64,000 nt of DNA from Nitrosopumilus sp. UBA526 (GTDB lineage Archaea; Thermoproteota; Nitrososphaeria; Nitrososphaerales; Nitrosopumilaceae), in contig DAXZ01000053.1 of NCBI GenBank assembly GCA_002506665.1, forward strand, positions 7,337-71,336, read 5' to 3'. Shown piece after piece: positions 40,269 through 51,626 of the stretch. Positions within the stretch are counted from its first letter, which is position 1. Every line of letters starts with the position of its first letter. Position numbers and translations under genes: made by a program. The notes under the pieces are model-generated. The model made no database searches. It had not been told where the DNA came from and was given only the letters and a program-made list of their open reading frames with translations.

Positions 40269-41052
40269 AGAAAAATTTGCAGAACTGGAATCAAAAAACC
40301 AAAAGGCCTTGATATCATATATCATGGCAGGATTTCCAAACCAAAAGGCAACCATGTCTGCTGTACGCGGGCTAGTAAGTGGCGGCGCGGATATAATCGA
40401 GCTGGGATTTCCATTTTCAGACCCACTAGCTGACGGCCACGTAATTCAGAATGCAAGTACGGCATCACTTCAACATGGAACCAAGATTGCAGGGTTTTTT
40501 GACATGGTAAAAAAGATCAGGGCAGAGACTGACATCCCGCTTGTGCTAATGACTTATACCAATATCCTATACCACTATGGCTATGCAAAATTTATTGCAA
40601 AGGCAAGGCACGCAGGAATTGACGGGTTTATCCTGCCAGACATGTCCATTGAAGAGTCAAAAGAATATCTAAAGGCGGCAAATGATGTAGATACGATATT
40701 TCTAATCTCACCTAATACCAGCAAATCCCGAGTTCAAAAGATAGCTCGGGTGTCCTCTGGATTTTTGTATCTTGTTGCAGTGTTTGGAACAACTGGTGCA
40801 AGAACCGGGATTAAGAGATACACGCTAGATGCAATAAAGCAGGTCAAGGGACAAACTAGGGGTATGATTCCTGTAGGGGTGGGGTTTGGAGTCTCAACTC
40901 CTGAGGATGTAAAAAGATACGTAAGGGCGGGCGCCGATGCTGTGATCGTTGGAAGCGCATATCTGCGGCTGATCAAAGATACTCGACAAGACAAATTACA
41001 GTCCAAGATAGCATCATACACACATAGTCTAAAAAAACAGACGATTCTATAA
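40255..41052 (+). CDS. trpA: Tryptophan synthase alpha chain
   Basis: [17 protein letters not shown]. Confidence 0.95.
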   Translation: MNRIKEKFAELESKNQKALISYIMAGFPNQKATMSAVRGLVSGGADIIELGFPFSDPLADGHVIQNASTASLQHGTKIAGFFDMVKKIRAETDIPLVLMTYTNILYHYGYAKFIAKARHAGIDGFILPDMSIEESKEYLKAANDVDTIFLISPNTSKSRVQKIARVSSGFLYLVAVFGTTGARTGIKRYTLDAIKQVKGQTRGMIPVGVGFGVSTPEDVKRYVRAGADAVIVGSAYLRLIKDTRQDKLQSKIASYTHSLKKQTIL

Positions 41053-41879
41053 TAATGCCGTCTGAGTTGGCGGTCAGATGTTTTATTCGTTATGGAAGGG
41101 GAACTGTATTTTTTCAGCTAGTGGCCGCCAAACTAGATGTTCTCATTAATGATATGTGTTTCTAGGATAAAAAAGCACCGCTACTTGGGCCTAAAATTCA
41201 TTTGAAAATAGTAAAAATATTGTACAACTGTAAAGACAGATCCCAAGCTTGATGCAAGACATGAAAACAACACCACAACACTTGATTCCATTACAAAGTA
41301 CTCAGAATCAACTAGTCCCAAAAACAAGATTGTATTCTAGTGAAACACCCAGATATTTTGCATGTACAAAAAGGACGTTCCAAACACATTTGACCCAATG
41401 CAGTAAATGAGTGGTTTAGTGTCAATGAGGTTTTGTTTGAATGTGAGCCAAGAATTATTCACATTTGAAGATGTGCCAAAGGACGTACAATACCAGGTAG
41501 CCTTATACAAAACAAAAGCGGTGAATTCTATTTGCAAAGTAAAACCAGTTGAGGGTATTGCCACAGACGATAAAGGCACCATAGTAAATGAATGCTTTTT
41601 GGGACAAATATGACAAAGTAAAAGAAAAACACGGCGCACCTGTTCTCAACATCAAGAAAGAGGCACCATGTCAATATATCACATCCTAGTCCGGGGGGAA
41701 ACTGACGAAATATTAAGGCAGGCAAGGCAACTCGGGCAAGAAGCGATATTTAGCTTGCATCCTGACTGCAAGCATGAAATTATAGGCACAAAATAATCCG
41801 GCCAACTCTGCACTCAAATGCATTGCACGCCATAACTAACTAGCAAAACATACAAAAACTAGACCCTTATTTTATTAAT

Positions 41880-43481
41880 GTGCATACAAAGTTTATTTTT
41901 GTCACAGGCGGGGTAATGTCCGGCCTTGGAAAGGGCGTAACTACCTCCTCGATTGCAAAATTGTTACAACTAGCAGACCAAAAGGTCTCATGCATCAAGA
42001 TAGACCCGTACCTCAACTATGATGCAGGAACAATGAATCCTATAGCTCACGGAGAGGTCTTTGTTACTGATGATGGCGGCGAGTGTGATATGGATATTGG
42101 AAACTATGAGCGGTTTCTCAACCAAAGCATTCCAAAAAGCCACAACATTACAACAGCCCAAGTTTATTCTGCAGTAACAGATGCCGAAAGGCGAGGCGAA
42201 TATCTAGGGGCATGTGTACAGATAATTCCACACATTACTGATGAGATAAAGAATCGGGTTACAAAGATTGCAGATGATGAGAAACTAGACTTTTTGATCA
42301 TAGAGTGCGGGGGGACGGTAGGTGACATTGAGTCACTGCCATTTTTAGAAGCTCTAAGACAGCTTCGAGTTGAGCAAGGGCCTCAGAACGTAATCTTTGT
42401 GCATGTTACACTAGCACCATCTCTTGATGTTGTAGGTGAGCAAAAGACAAAGCCTACGCAGCACAGTGTTCAGGAGCTGCGAAGGATAGGAATTCAACCT
42501 GACTTTTTAGCAGTAAGATGCACCCTGCCATTGGAAGAGAAGACAAAGACAAAGATTGCAATGTTTACCAATGTCATGCCAAAGGATGTCTTGTCATGCC
42601 ATGATGCTAAATCCATCTTTGAGGTGCCGCAGATTCTCTATGACCAGGGTATAATGGACTCAATATTTACAAAGTTTGGCATTGTAGGAATGCTAAATAC
42701 ATCATCAAACTGGGATAAATGGAACAAGATAACTGCTGACATGCTCAATCATGAGAATAATAAGATCAAGATTGCAATGGTTGGAAAATACGTCACACTA
42801 TCTGACAGCTATGTGAGTGTAAATCATGCATTAAGACATTCAAGCGCAAGTCTTGGCAGATCAGTTGAGATTGACTGGATTGATTCTGAATCAATCACAG
42901 ACTATGGCATTCTCTCAAAGTATGGCGGAATCTTGGTACCCGGAGGCTTTGGAACTAGGGGTTCTGAAGGAATAATTCAGACTGCAAACTTTGCAAGAGA
43001 GAAAAACATTCCATACCTTGGAATATGTTTTGGTTTTCAATTGGCGGCAATATCGTTTGGACGAAACGTCTTGAATCTACAAGACGCAAACTCGACGGAG
43101 ATAAAAAAAGATCTCAAATATCCACTAGTTGACCTGCTTCCAGAACAAAAAGACATCTCAGATATGGGCGGCTCACTACGTCTAGGCGCAAATGATATAA
43201 TCATAAAGGACAGTACCCGTGCATATGATATTTACCATACCTCTAGAATCAACAAGCGCCACAGGCACAGATATGAGATCAACAGCAAATACATTCCAGA
43301 ATTTGAGAAAAATGGACTCGTCTTCTCAGCATACAGTGATGGGGGCAAGAGAATGGAGATACTAGAGATCCCCTCTCACAGATTCTATCTCGGAGTCCAG
43401 TTCCACCCGGAATTTAACAGCAGGCCTGGTTTTCCTGAAAAAGCATTTACGGCATTTGTAAAGGCATCATCTGAGACCTAA
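41880..43481 (+). CDS. pyrG: CTP synthase
   Basis: KFIFVTGGVMSGLGKG, GICFGFQ, QFHPEF. Confidence 0.97.
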   Translation: MHTKFIFVTGGVMSGLGKGVTTSSIAKLLQLADQKVSCIKIDPYLNYDAGTMNPIAHGEVFVTDDGGECDMDIGNYERFLNQSIPKSHNITTAQVYSAVTDAERRGEYLGACVQIIPHITDEIKNRVTKIADDEKLDFLIIECGGTVGDIESLPFLEALRQLRVEQGPQNVIFVHVTLAPSLDVVGEQKTKPTQHSVQELRRIGIQPDFLAVRCTLPLEEKTKTKIAMFTNVMPKDVLSCHDAKSIFEVPQILYDQGIMDSIFTKFGIVGMLNTSSNWDKWNKITADMLNHENNKIKIAMVGKYVTLSDSYVSVNHALRHSSASLGRSVEIDWIDSESITDYGILSKYGGILVPGGFGTRGSEGIIQTANFAREKNIPYLGICFGFQLAAISFGRNVLNLQDANSTEIKKDLKYPLVDLLPEQKDISDMGGSLRLGANDIIIKDSTRAYDIYHTSRINKRHRHRYEINSKYIPEFEKNGLVFSAYSDGGKRMEILEIPSHRFYLGVQFHPEFNSRPGFPEKAFTAFVKASSET

Positions 43482-43482
43482 A

Positions 43483-44331
43483 ATGCCAGCACAAAATATG
43501 AGACACACCATGCGGCAGTTTGTAGTGCATAATCACGCAAAGTCATTAAAGCTTGTTCCTTATGTGGGCTGCAAGTCTGGCTTTGCACACATCTTTGACT
43601 CGTTGATTCCAAAAGACTATGGCAGAAAAATATACGATGTGTTTGGCGGTGGAGGCGGATTTACTTTTTATGCCTGCAATAGATTCGGGTCTGAAAATAT
43701 AATTTATAATGATCACAATCCTGTAATTACAAACCTCTTAGAGTCACTTCAAAAACATCCGGGTTTATTGTATGACGAGTATCAAAAGCACCATGTACGG
43801 TCTAGTCCTGATTACTATCTTGATGTACGAAAGATGGATTTAGATGACGGGGTCAGGGGTGCAGGCAGGTTCTTTTATCTTGCAAAGAATGCATTTTCTG
43901 GCAAGATACGGTTTAACTCAAAAAACCAGTTTAACTGTCCTATGCGAAAAAATGCAAAATGCCCTCAAATTAGCCGTGAATCATTATCATCGCTGAGTAA
44001 CACGATACGTCATCTTGTAATAACAAACAAAGACTATGGGCATTATGAGGATGTGAAAGACGGGTTTGTCTATCTTGACCCTCCATACATGAATAATACC
44101 AACGGACATTACAATGCAACTGTGCCACTAGCTGATTTTGTCAGATTTGTAAGCACGGTTCAAAAATTAAACAAGGTGATGATCTCTGAGCAAAATGACC
44201 CTGACAGTCTTTTGCTGTCTTCTGATTATACGGTATTTACAGTGACCCTTCACCGCTCACTGCAATATGTAACACAGAACCAGAGCCAAGAGATAGTTGC
44301 AGTAAACTATGCTGTATCTGAACAGACATGA
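43483..44331 (+). CDS. Dam-like (D12 class) DNA adenine methyltransferase
   Basis: YVGCK, DVFGGGG, FVYLDPPY. Confidence 0.88.
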   Translation: MPAQNMRHTMRQFVVHNHAKSLKLVPYVGCKSGFAHIFDSLIPKDYGRKIYDVFGGGGGFTFYACNRFGSENIIYNDHNPVITNLLESLQKHPGLLYDEYQKHHVRSSPDYYLDVRKMDLDDGVRGAGRFFYLAKNAFSGKIRFNSKNQFNCPMRKNAKCPQISRESLSSLSNTIRHLVITNKDYGHYEDVKDGFVYLDPPYMNNTNGHYNATVPLADFVRFVSTVQKLNKVMISEQNDPDSLLLSSDYTVFTVTLHRSLQYVTQNQSQEIVAVNYAVSEQT

Positions 44332-44555
44332 ATTTTTCAGATTATGAAATGACTGGGAATTCTTGGCCTATGTCTTTAACATGGCCTGAGAATCAATACT
44401 GTGTAATTTTTAATCATTAGACTGCCGTATACCTGATATAAAAAACCATGATCAGATGATGTGTGATTTTGCACTGGCCATATCACAAAATCAGTCATTT
44501 GATTAAAATAGTTACGAATGGTTAATTAGGGCAATTTTTAGAGTGAAATCAACTC

Positions 44556-45155
44556 ATGGGCCGAAAAGAGAGACGAGAGCGGGAGGCAAAACGTGAAAAC
44601 TATGCCACCAAACACTCTGCTGCAAAAAGAAAACAGACCTTGATTGCAATCGGGGTGCTTGGAGTAATTGCAGTAATTGTAGGATATGCGGCATACCTGT
44701 TTCTGAACATGACTGAGACTGCTCCCGGTGGCCCTGAAAACGCCGGAGCACTAGGCAGTGAACACGCACATGCGGCAATCTTGGTAAGTATCTTTGGAGA
44801 TATGTTTGACTTTACTAGTACAGCATTTCAAATTAAATCAAGCTGGATTCACTTTGAGGGCAGGGACGGCACTACAATACACAAGCATGCAACAGGTGTA
44901 GACCTAGGATACCTGTTTGAGACGCTATCAATTGATCTTGATGACCAGTGTTACGTATTTCCTGAAAAGGACAGGACCTTTTGTACAACTGATAAATTTG
45001 CACTAAAGTTCTTTATCAACGGAGACCAGGTAGATGATATCCGAGATTATGAGATAATGGAGGGTGACAGAGTCTTGATCTTGTACGGAGCAGAGACAGA
45101 AGAAGAAATTGAGCAATACATAGTACAGCTAGATGACCAAGTAATAGTCAAATAA
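44556..45155 (+). CDS. Membrane-anchored protein with His motifs
   Basis: Basic N-terminus, TM helix, EHAHA, IHFEG..TIHKH. Confidence 0.75.
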   Translation: MGRKERREREAKRENYATKHSAAKRKQTLIAIGVLGVIAVIVGYAAYLFLNMTETAPGGPENAGALGSEHAHAAILVSIFGDMFDFTSTAFQIKSSWIHFEGRDGTTIHKHATGVDLGYLFETLSIDLDDQCYVFPEKDRTFCTTDKFALKFFINGDQVDDIRDYEIMEGDRVLILYGAETEEEIEQYIVQLDDQVIVK

Positions 45156-45471
45156 AATCTCTCTTGGCTTGTATAGTAAATGATGGGGCGTATTTTTTGC
45201 AAACATCATGTAATATCCAAATACCTAAACACATCTTGGGACTGTAGTTTTGTTGCAAGAAACTCTCTCCTTGTTCTCAACGCGCCCACCACCAATCTTT
45301 GCATTCTCCCCTGCAATCTCTGCTTTGTTGCTTCCCCCGTTGAATCAAAAATACCTGTAAATTTAAACCCGATGATATATCTAGGGTATGTGCAGATACC
45401 TACAAATCATTGAAAATCATGGTTCCAAAGTATGTGTTGATGGCAGCTAGGAATAATGATAACAACATTGA

Positions 45472-46425
45472 TTGAATCAAACAGAGATATATTCAATGCT
45501 GTACACTAGTGTCATAGGAAATATGTTAAAAAACACACGTTCCAAGAAAAAACGAACGAAAACTTTTATGAATGGATTTGGAGGAACAGCCAGAATAAAT
45601 CATGATAGCACAAAGTTTTATGGCAGAAAAATGTTTGCTGGCACAGACGTTGCAGACAATACAGAGTATGAAAATGACATTGGTAGATACCGCGATACAA
45701 TACAATGCCGGGACAGTAGAGCCCTTGGACATATTCCAGACTCGAGCGTTCACCTGATGGTGACGTCCCCGCCCTATAATGTGGGCAAGGATTATGATGT
45801 GGATTTGGATTTGGCAGAATATCTTCAAATGTTACATGATGTGTTTGGGGAGACCTATAGAATTCTAGTCAATGGAGGACGAGCTTGTATCAATATAGCA
45901 AATGTAGGCAGAAAGCCATACATCCCATATCACAAATTCATCATAGATGTAATGACACAAAACGGCTTTGTTATGCGCGGCGAAATAATTTGGAACAAGG
46001 GAGCAGGAGCCGGGTCATCTACTGCCTGGGGGAGCTGGTTGTCTGCATCCAATCCTGTTCTAAGGGACACACATGAATACATCCTAGTATTTACAAAAGG
46101 CAAGTTCAATCGGGCATCAAACCAAAGACAAAGTACCATATCACGAGACGAGTTTTTGACATATACGAAAAGTGTCTGGACGTTTAATCCTGAAAGGGCA
46201 AAAAAAGTAAATCATCCTGCACCCTTTCCAACAGAACTGCCGTATAGATGCATTCAGTTATACACGTTTAAGGGAGATACAGTATTTGATCCCTTTTGTG
46301 GTTCTGGCACCACTGCAATATCTTCTATATCTCTGGGCAGACATTATGTCATGATTGATAAGAACCGGGATTATGTCAAAACCGCAAAGAAAAGAATCAA
46401 GGATTTAAAGTCTCAAGAACACTAA
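45472..46425 (+). CDS. Beta-class N4-C/N6-A DNA methyltransferase
   Basis: TSPPY precedes HPAPFP and DPFCGSGT. Confidence 0.9.
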   Translation: MNQTEIYSMLYTSVIGNMLKNTRSKKKRTKTFMNGFGGTARINHDSTKFYGRKMFAGTDVADNTEYENDIGRYRDTIQCRDSRALGHIPDSSVHLMVTSPPYNVGKDYDVDLDLAEYLQMLHDVFGETYRILVNGGRACINIANVGRKPYIPYHKFIIDVMTQNGFVMRGEIIWNKGAGAGSSTAWGSWLSASNPVLRDTHEYILVFTKGKFNRASNQRQSTISRDEFLTYTKSVWTFNPERAKKVNHPAPFPTELPYRCIQLYTFKGDTVFDPFCGSGTTAISSISLGRHYVMIDKNRDYVKTAKKRIKDLKSQEH

Positions 46426-46432
46426 TTTCAAT

Positions 46433-48142
46433 ATGTCTAAATTATGGCAGTCTGAAAAATCACGTGGCATGAAAATATCTAGTAAGAATGTAGTTGGCGG
46501 AACTGCCCGTTCTCCTCATAGGGCAATGTACAAGGCCATGGGATTAAATGATGATGATCTATCAAAACCGTTTGTAGGTGTGTGCCATACAGGAAACGAG
46601 GCAACACCTTGTAACATATTACTGCCAGAGCTGGCAGCTGAGGCAAAGAGAGGGGTTGCTGAAAACGGGGCAACACCTAGAATATTCTCAACCATCTCTG
46701 TCAGCGATGGGATTGCAATGGGTCATGAGGGAATGAAATCCTCACTAATCTCTCGCGAGGTAATTGCCGACTCTGTTGAGCTGATGGTACGGGCACATCA
46801 GTATGATGGAATTGTTGGAATTGCAGGATGTGACAAGAGTCTGCCCGGTACGATGATGGCGATGGCTCGGCTAAACCTGCCTTCGGTCTTTGTATATGGC
46901 GGGACAATAATGCCCGGAGTCCTTGATGGCAGGGAACTTACCATAGTCGATGTCTATGAGGCAGTAGGCGCATATGATGCAGGTCAGATATCCCTTGAGA
47001 TGCTCAAAGATATTGAAAATACCGCATGTCCGAATTCTGGGTCATGTGGTGGAATGTTTACTGCAAATACAATGGCGTCAATATCTGAAGCCATAGGATT
47101 AGCATTGCCTGGAAGTGCAAGTCCGCCTGCCGAAGACGAGAGGCGCAAAAAGATAGTACATGATACAGGAGCTGCGTGTGCAAAGTTGTTGGAACTTGAC
47201 ATCCTGCCTCGGGATATAATGACGTATGAGGCATTTGAGAATGCCATTGTAATGCTAAATGCAGTTGGAGGTTCGACTAATGGAATACTGCATCTCTTAT
47301 CAATGGCTAACGAAGCTAGAGTGAAACTGACTTATGATGATTTTGAGAGGATAAGAAAAAAGACCCCGCACATTGCAGACATGAAGCCTGGTGGGAATTA
47401 TGTGATGAACAGCTTGGATAAGATTGGCGGTATTCCGTTTGTACTACAAAGATTATCAAAGAAAGGACTGTTAAATGGCAATTGTATCACAGTCACAGGA
47501 AAGACTATTCAGGAGAATCTCAGCTCCATGCACATTCCAGAACTCGAACAGTCAATTATTAGGCCAGTTGAGCGTCCGTTGAACTCTGTAGGGACAGCCC
47601 TGATCCTAAAGGGCTCACTTGCACCTGACGGTGCTGTGATGAAGACTGCCGGAGTTGAGATGACAGAGTTTACAGGCAAAGCTCGAGTCTATGATAGAGA
47701 AGAGTATGCATTTGATGCAGTATCTAAAGGTATGATAGAGCAAGGAGACGTGGTTGTGATAAGATATGAGGGACCCAAAGGCGGCCCCGGAATGAGAGAG
47801 ATGCTTGCAACAACAGCTGCGCTTGTAGGCCAGGGACTAGGCAAAAAAGTGGCAATGGTAACTGATGGACGATTCTCTGGGGGGACTCGAGGATTTATGG
47901 CAGGTCATGTCGCACCTGAAGCCTATGTGGGCGGGCCCATTGCACTAGTCCAAGACGGAGACAAGATAACAATCAATACAGATACCGGAGTAATTGATCT
48001 CTGCGTGTCTCCAGAGGAACTAGCTAAAAGACGCGAGTCTTGGAGACGACCAGAGCCAAACTATACGTCAGGTGCATTGGCAAAGTATGCAACACTTGTG
48101 GGTTCTGCCGCTCAAGGGGCAGTGACTAGTGCTAATTTATGA
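46433..48142 (+). CDS. ilvD: Dihydroxy-acid dehydratase
   Basis: [28 protein letters not shown]. Confidence 0.96.
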   Translation: MSKLWQSEKSRGMKISSKNVVGGTARSPHRAMYKAMGLNDDDLSKPFVGVCHTGNEATPCNILLPELAAEAKRGVAENGATPRIFSTISVSDGIAMGHEGMKSSLISREVIADSVELMVRAHQYDGIVGIAGCDKSLPGTMMAMARLNLPSVFVYGGTIMPGVLDGRELTIVDVYEAVGAYDAGQISLEMLKDIENTACPNSGSCGGMFTANTMASISEAIGLALPGSASPPAEDERRKKIVHDTGAACAKLLELDILPRDIMTYEAFENAIVMLNAVGGSTNGILHLLSMANEARVKLTYDDFERIRKKTPHIADMKPGGNYVMNSLDKIGGIPFVLQRLSKKGLLNGNCITVTGKTIQENLSSMHIPELEQSIIRPVERPLNSVGTALILKGSLAPDGAVMKTAGVEMTEFTGKARVYDREEYAFDAVSKGMIEQGDVVVIRYEGPKGGPGMREMLATTAALVGQGLGKKVAMVTDGRFSGGTRGFMAGHVAPEAYVGGPIALVQDGDKITINTDTGVIDLCVSPEELAKRRESWRRPEPNYTSGALAKYATLVGSAAQGAVTSANL

Positions 48143-48556
48143 AATTAATTAATCATCAATATTACGGGTACTAGGAATCAGCATTGGAGAAATTAACCTC
48201 AAAAGAGATCATTTCCAATCAGGCAATGTTACTTTAATATCGAGAATAGATTTTCCAGCTGCAGATTTTAATTCTCTTTGTTTACAGTGCCATGTTGGAA
48301 CTTTTTATGTTTGCACCTACATGATCACAAGCCATTGATGAATCAGATAATTTGACATTTTCAAAATCGGTCATTAATCCTCGTACATAATTGCCGGATT
48401 CTTTGTTATCAGCACAAAGAACCCTGAACTCAAATTTTGGCATTTAGTTGTTTATCTCTAGGAGAATTTGTTAATATTACGTATATCTAATTTTGAACAC
48501 ATGTAGACTATCGGTTCCTAGACTACTCTTTGTTGCAAACATGGATCTAATGCCTC

Positions 48557-48574
48557 AAAGATTACGTAATCTTT
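48557..48574. promoter_or_regulatory. Perfect 18-bp palindrome AAAGATTACGTAATCTTT overlapping a TATA-like box, copy 1
   Basis: Self-complementary; TTTAAA lies ~30 nt upstream of the ATG. Confidence 0.7.
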
Positions 48575-48604
48575 AAAAGATACTAGATAGTTTATCTATA
48601 TAAG

Positions 48605-48754
48605 ATGAATCCAAATGAACCCGCCATTCTCACAGGTCAAGATGCTATAGATTTTGACAATTATATGAAAAGAAAGGCTACCAAAAAGGAAATAGAATAT
48701 GCTAAAAAATGTGAAGAGTACTATTTGGCAAATCAACCAAAAACCAAAAAATAA
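48605..48754 (+). CDS. 49-aa putative antitoxin, copy 1 (MNPNEPAILTGQDAIDFDNYMKRKATKKEIEYAKKCEEYYLANQPKTKK)
   Basis: Own promoter; intact in both copies; P.L.G.DA..F pattern resembles antitoxins found upstream of GNAT toxins. Confidence 0.7.
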   Translation: MNPNEPAILTGQDAIDFDNYMKRKATKKEIEYAKKCEEYYLANQPKTKK

Positions 48755-48822
48755 TTATCCCCCTTACTTTGTTAATTTTATGCCTAGACAACTCTTTAGT
48801 GCAAACATGGATCTAATTCCCC

Positions 48823-48840
48823 AAAGATTACGTAATCTTT
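48823..48840. promoter_or_regulatory. Perfect 18-bp palindrome, copy 2
   Basis: Identical to copy 1 although the flanks have diverged. Confidence 0.7.
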
Positions 48841-48870
48841 AATAGCCACTAGGTAGTTTATCCATATAAG

Positions 48871-49020
48871 ATGAATCCAAATGAACCAGCCATTCTCAGA
48901 GGTCAAGATGCTATAGATTTTGACAAATATATGAAAAGAAAGGGTACCAAAAAGGAAATAGCCTATTTTAAAAAATGTGAAGAGTACTATTTGGCAAATC
49001 AGCCAAAAACAAAAAAATAA
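48871..49020 (+). CDS. 49-aa putative antitoxin, copy 2 (MNPNEPAILRGQDAIDFDKYMKRKGTKKEIAYFKKCEEYYLANQPKTKK)
   Basis: Ends 24 nt upstream of the GNAT gene. Confidence 0.72.
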   Translation: MNPNEPAILRGQDAIDFDKYMKRKGTKKEIAYFKKCEEYYLANQPKTKK

Positions 49021-49044
49021 TTACCCCCTTACTTTGTTAATTTT

Positions 49045-49608
49045 ATGCCTAGAGAATCTCCTAAAATTCTAGTTGATATTACTGGATTTGGTTATCAAAA
49101 ATTGACTTTTAACCATAAACCTAATCTTGACTGTACTGACAAGCTCGGCAAGGATTCACAATGCCTACAAAAATTTTTTGATAAAAGAGCATTAAAAAAT
49201 CAAGATGCTCATTTGGGAATGACCTACATTATAACTTACAAGAAAAAACCTATTGGTTATGTCACACTAGCAACAGCAAATATCAATAAGGACGCAATAT
49301 TCAGTAAAGCAAGACCAAGTACTCGTGATGGTGCTCTTTTTCCAGCTATGATAATTCTTGATTTCTGTATTGATAAAAAATCAAGAGGCAAAACTTATGG
49401 CGAGTATGTTCTGATGTGGTGTAACGGATTAGCACGAACTGTTTCAGAAAAGATAGGATGTAGATTTATTATATTGTATACCAAGGATCCAGACGCAATT
49501 AGATTTTATACAAAACATAATTATCAATTCGCTGAAGGAAATCAGAACGATAAATTCAAGCTAATGTATTATGATTTATTCCCGGAACTATTAAAAATAA
49601 CAATTTAA
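49045..49608 (+). CDS. GNAT acetyltransferase, TacT/AtaT toxin-like
   Basis: LQKFF...A, IGYVTLA, FPAM, IDKKSRGKTYG, GCRFIIL, AIRFYTKHNY. Confidence 0.8.
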   Translation: MPRESPKILVDITGFGYQKLTFNHKPNLDCTDKLGKDSQCLQKFFDKRALKNQDAHLGMTYIITYKKKPIGYVTLATANINKDAIFSKARPSTRDGALFPAMIILDFCIDKKSRGKTYGEYVLMWCNGLARTVSEKIGCRFIILYTKDPDAIRFYTKHNYQFAEGNQNDKFKLMYYDLFPELLKITI

Positions 49609-49945
49609 AAATTCAATCACAATCAAAGCTAGAAAGATAGCCTAGTACCTAGTATCAGCTAGTCTGCATGTATTCAAAAATTTCCGCGACTATACTTTTC
49701 AAGGATTACGATTTTGTCGCATAATTCCTCCAAATATGACTAGTTAGCTACATCCGAAAAAGACTTGGTTCACATGATGTGTGAAGAGATTGGCGTCCTA
49801 GTCTCGCATAATTTATCTCCATAATTGGCTCTCAAAGACACGTCTTTTGAGATTTACACACTAGTCATAGTATTTGAGGGAGACAAAATTCAAAGTGATT
49901 ATAAACTAACCAAACAATAAATAAAATCACAAAAAATAGAGTCTT

Positions 49946-50353
49946 ATGAACTGTATATTTTGTGATATCTTGGATGGAAAGAATTATGCTCATTTTCTCT
50001 ACAAAGACGAGTTTCATGTCGCATTCTTGGATACATGCCCGATAAATGTAGGGCACAGCTTGGTCATTCCAAGAGAGCATCATGAAAGAATTACAGACAT
50101 GAGCCCAGAGAATGTTGGGCGGATATTTGCCATAGCTCCAAAGATTGCACAAGCGGTCCTTGATGCAACCGGGGCAGACTCATTTAGCTTGGGTCAAAAT
50201 AATGGCGAGGCAGCAAAACAGACCGTCCTTCATGTCCACATACACATCATTCCTGCATATGCTGGCACACACACAGACTGGAAGAGGCGTCTAGAACCAG
50301 AACATGATGAACTAGTCACACTTGCTAAAAAGATACGGCATTGTCTCACTTAG
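49946..50353 (+). CDS. HIT family hydrolase
   Basis: CIFC, GHSLVIP, HVHIHII. Confidence 0.92.
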   Translation: MNCIFCDILDGKNYAHFLYKDEFHVAFLDTCPINVGHSLVIPREHHERITDMSPENVGRIFAIAPKIAQAVLDATGADSFSLGQNNGEAAKQTVLHVHIHIIPAYAGTHTDWKRRLEPEHDELVTLAKKIRHCLT

Positions 50354-51626
50354 TGTGCCCCGGATTGTATCGCAGTATTGCACCTATTTTTCCAAGACTG
50401 GCAAGCATGTTTCCATGTTCTGCATTGCCTGAGATGACCTCCAATGTGGTTCCGGTCTTTGCGGCAAGCAGCTCCAAATAATCTACAATGTCCTGTTCAT
50501 TTGCCTCTACTTCCATTGCGTTGCAGCTAGGACACGGCTTTGAGGCGTATTGCGTCTTTTTAGGAATTACTTGCGGCCTCTCGACAATCTCTTCTTGTAT
50601 GTGACGGCATCGCTTGCACCTGGCCTCTACTCTGTACTGATTCGTGTTATGTGTAATTATCAGTGTTTGTACAACATTATTCTTTAGGTATTTTATTACC
50701 TCTTCTAGTCCATAGGCGCCTTTTCCAGTATTGGTATTTATCTCTCGGAACAAACCCTCAACTAGTTTTTTCTCCTCTACCATTCTAAAATCACCTAAAA
50801 TGTCTGCAGACTTTGTAAATGCCTCCCTTATCCCTTCTGCACCAGCGTATGACGCGTCAATGGTGTTGATAATGTTGTTTTGCAGTCTATACTCTAGATA
50901 GTTTCCGTTGATAAAATCTTCTTTTGTAGGGCCTGGCCCTGAGATGATGAGCCCCTTTATTGGATAAATGTCGATAAAATATTCCCGTGTAGTCTGTGCC
51001 ACCCTGTTGTAAAAGTAGCTCAACTCCATCTCTCGGAGTTTCTGAAATCTCTTTGCAGACTGTCCGCCCTGTCTGTGTTTTCCTGCCACACCAGAACCTG
51101 TCTGGGATAGCACCTCTACCCTGTCGCCGTGTAGTAATCCCCAACCTGCATCCTTTGCATCAATTGCTAGAAATCCTATCAGGTTATCATCTTTTAGCAT
51201 GTTTTTTAGAATGTCTACATGAAAGTGATCGTCGCATCTGTACAGATACTGCTTTAGGTCTTTTGGCGGATCTACCTCCCAGACAGTAACAGTCTCGCTT
51301 CCCAACGGACCGCCTCCTTCTGGGGGCAGGGCACCACAAAACATGACAAGCCCCCGCTCTGGGGTCTTTTTGTAGAGTTTGAGCCGCTGGATTACCTTGC
51401 CCAGGGAATCAACTACGTGCGACCTTGTCAAATCTGACTTTATGTTATCGGCAGTCCCCTGCTCTTGCTGAAGCGTGCTGACTATCTCATGGAGCTGCTT
51501 TCCCTTTGGAATATACACTGTTATCAGCTCTGTTCCTCTGCCTGATTTTTGGGCCAACTCCTCCAGGGTTTTTCTTATCTTGTAGATTTTGACTGAATCT
51601 TGTTTTTCAATGTTGATTTTTGGCAT
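50346..51626 (-). CDS. prf1: Peptide chain release factor aRF1
   Basis: GTELIT, NIKS, YRCD, GGQS. Confidence 0.96.
   Translation of the reverse strand: MPKINIEKQDSVKIYKIRKTLEELAQKSGRGTELITVYIPKGKQLHEIVSTLQQEQGTADNIKSDLTRSHVVDSLGKVIQRLKLYKKTPERGLVMFCGALPPEGGGPLGSETVTVWEVDPPKDLKQYLYRCDDHFHVDILKNMLKDDNLIGFLAIDAKDAGWGLLHGDRVEVLSQTGSGVAGKHRQGGQSAKRFQKLREMELSYFYNRVAQTTREYFIDIYPIKGLIISGPGPTKEDFINGNYLEYRLQNNIINTIDASYAGAEGIREAFTKSADILGDFRMVEEKKLVEGLFREINTNTGKGAYGLEEVIKYLKNNVVQTLIITHNTNQYRVEARCKRCRHIQEEIVERPQVIPKKTQYASKPCPSCNAMEVEANEQDIVDYLELLAAKTGTTLEVISGNAEHGNMLASLGKIGAILRYNPGHTK

Larger units (their letters stand above)
48517..49053. repeat. ~266-bp tandem duplication (promoter + microprotein gene + first codons of GNAT) with CCTAGA at the junctions
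   Basis: Two aligned units; CCTAGA at 48517, 48783 and 49048. Confidence 0.93.

Noticed and set aside
48200-48443. Short minus-strand ORF (MPKFEFRVLC...) possibly continuing after a frameshift
   Set aside because: No recognisable family; too weak to list as a feature
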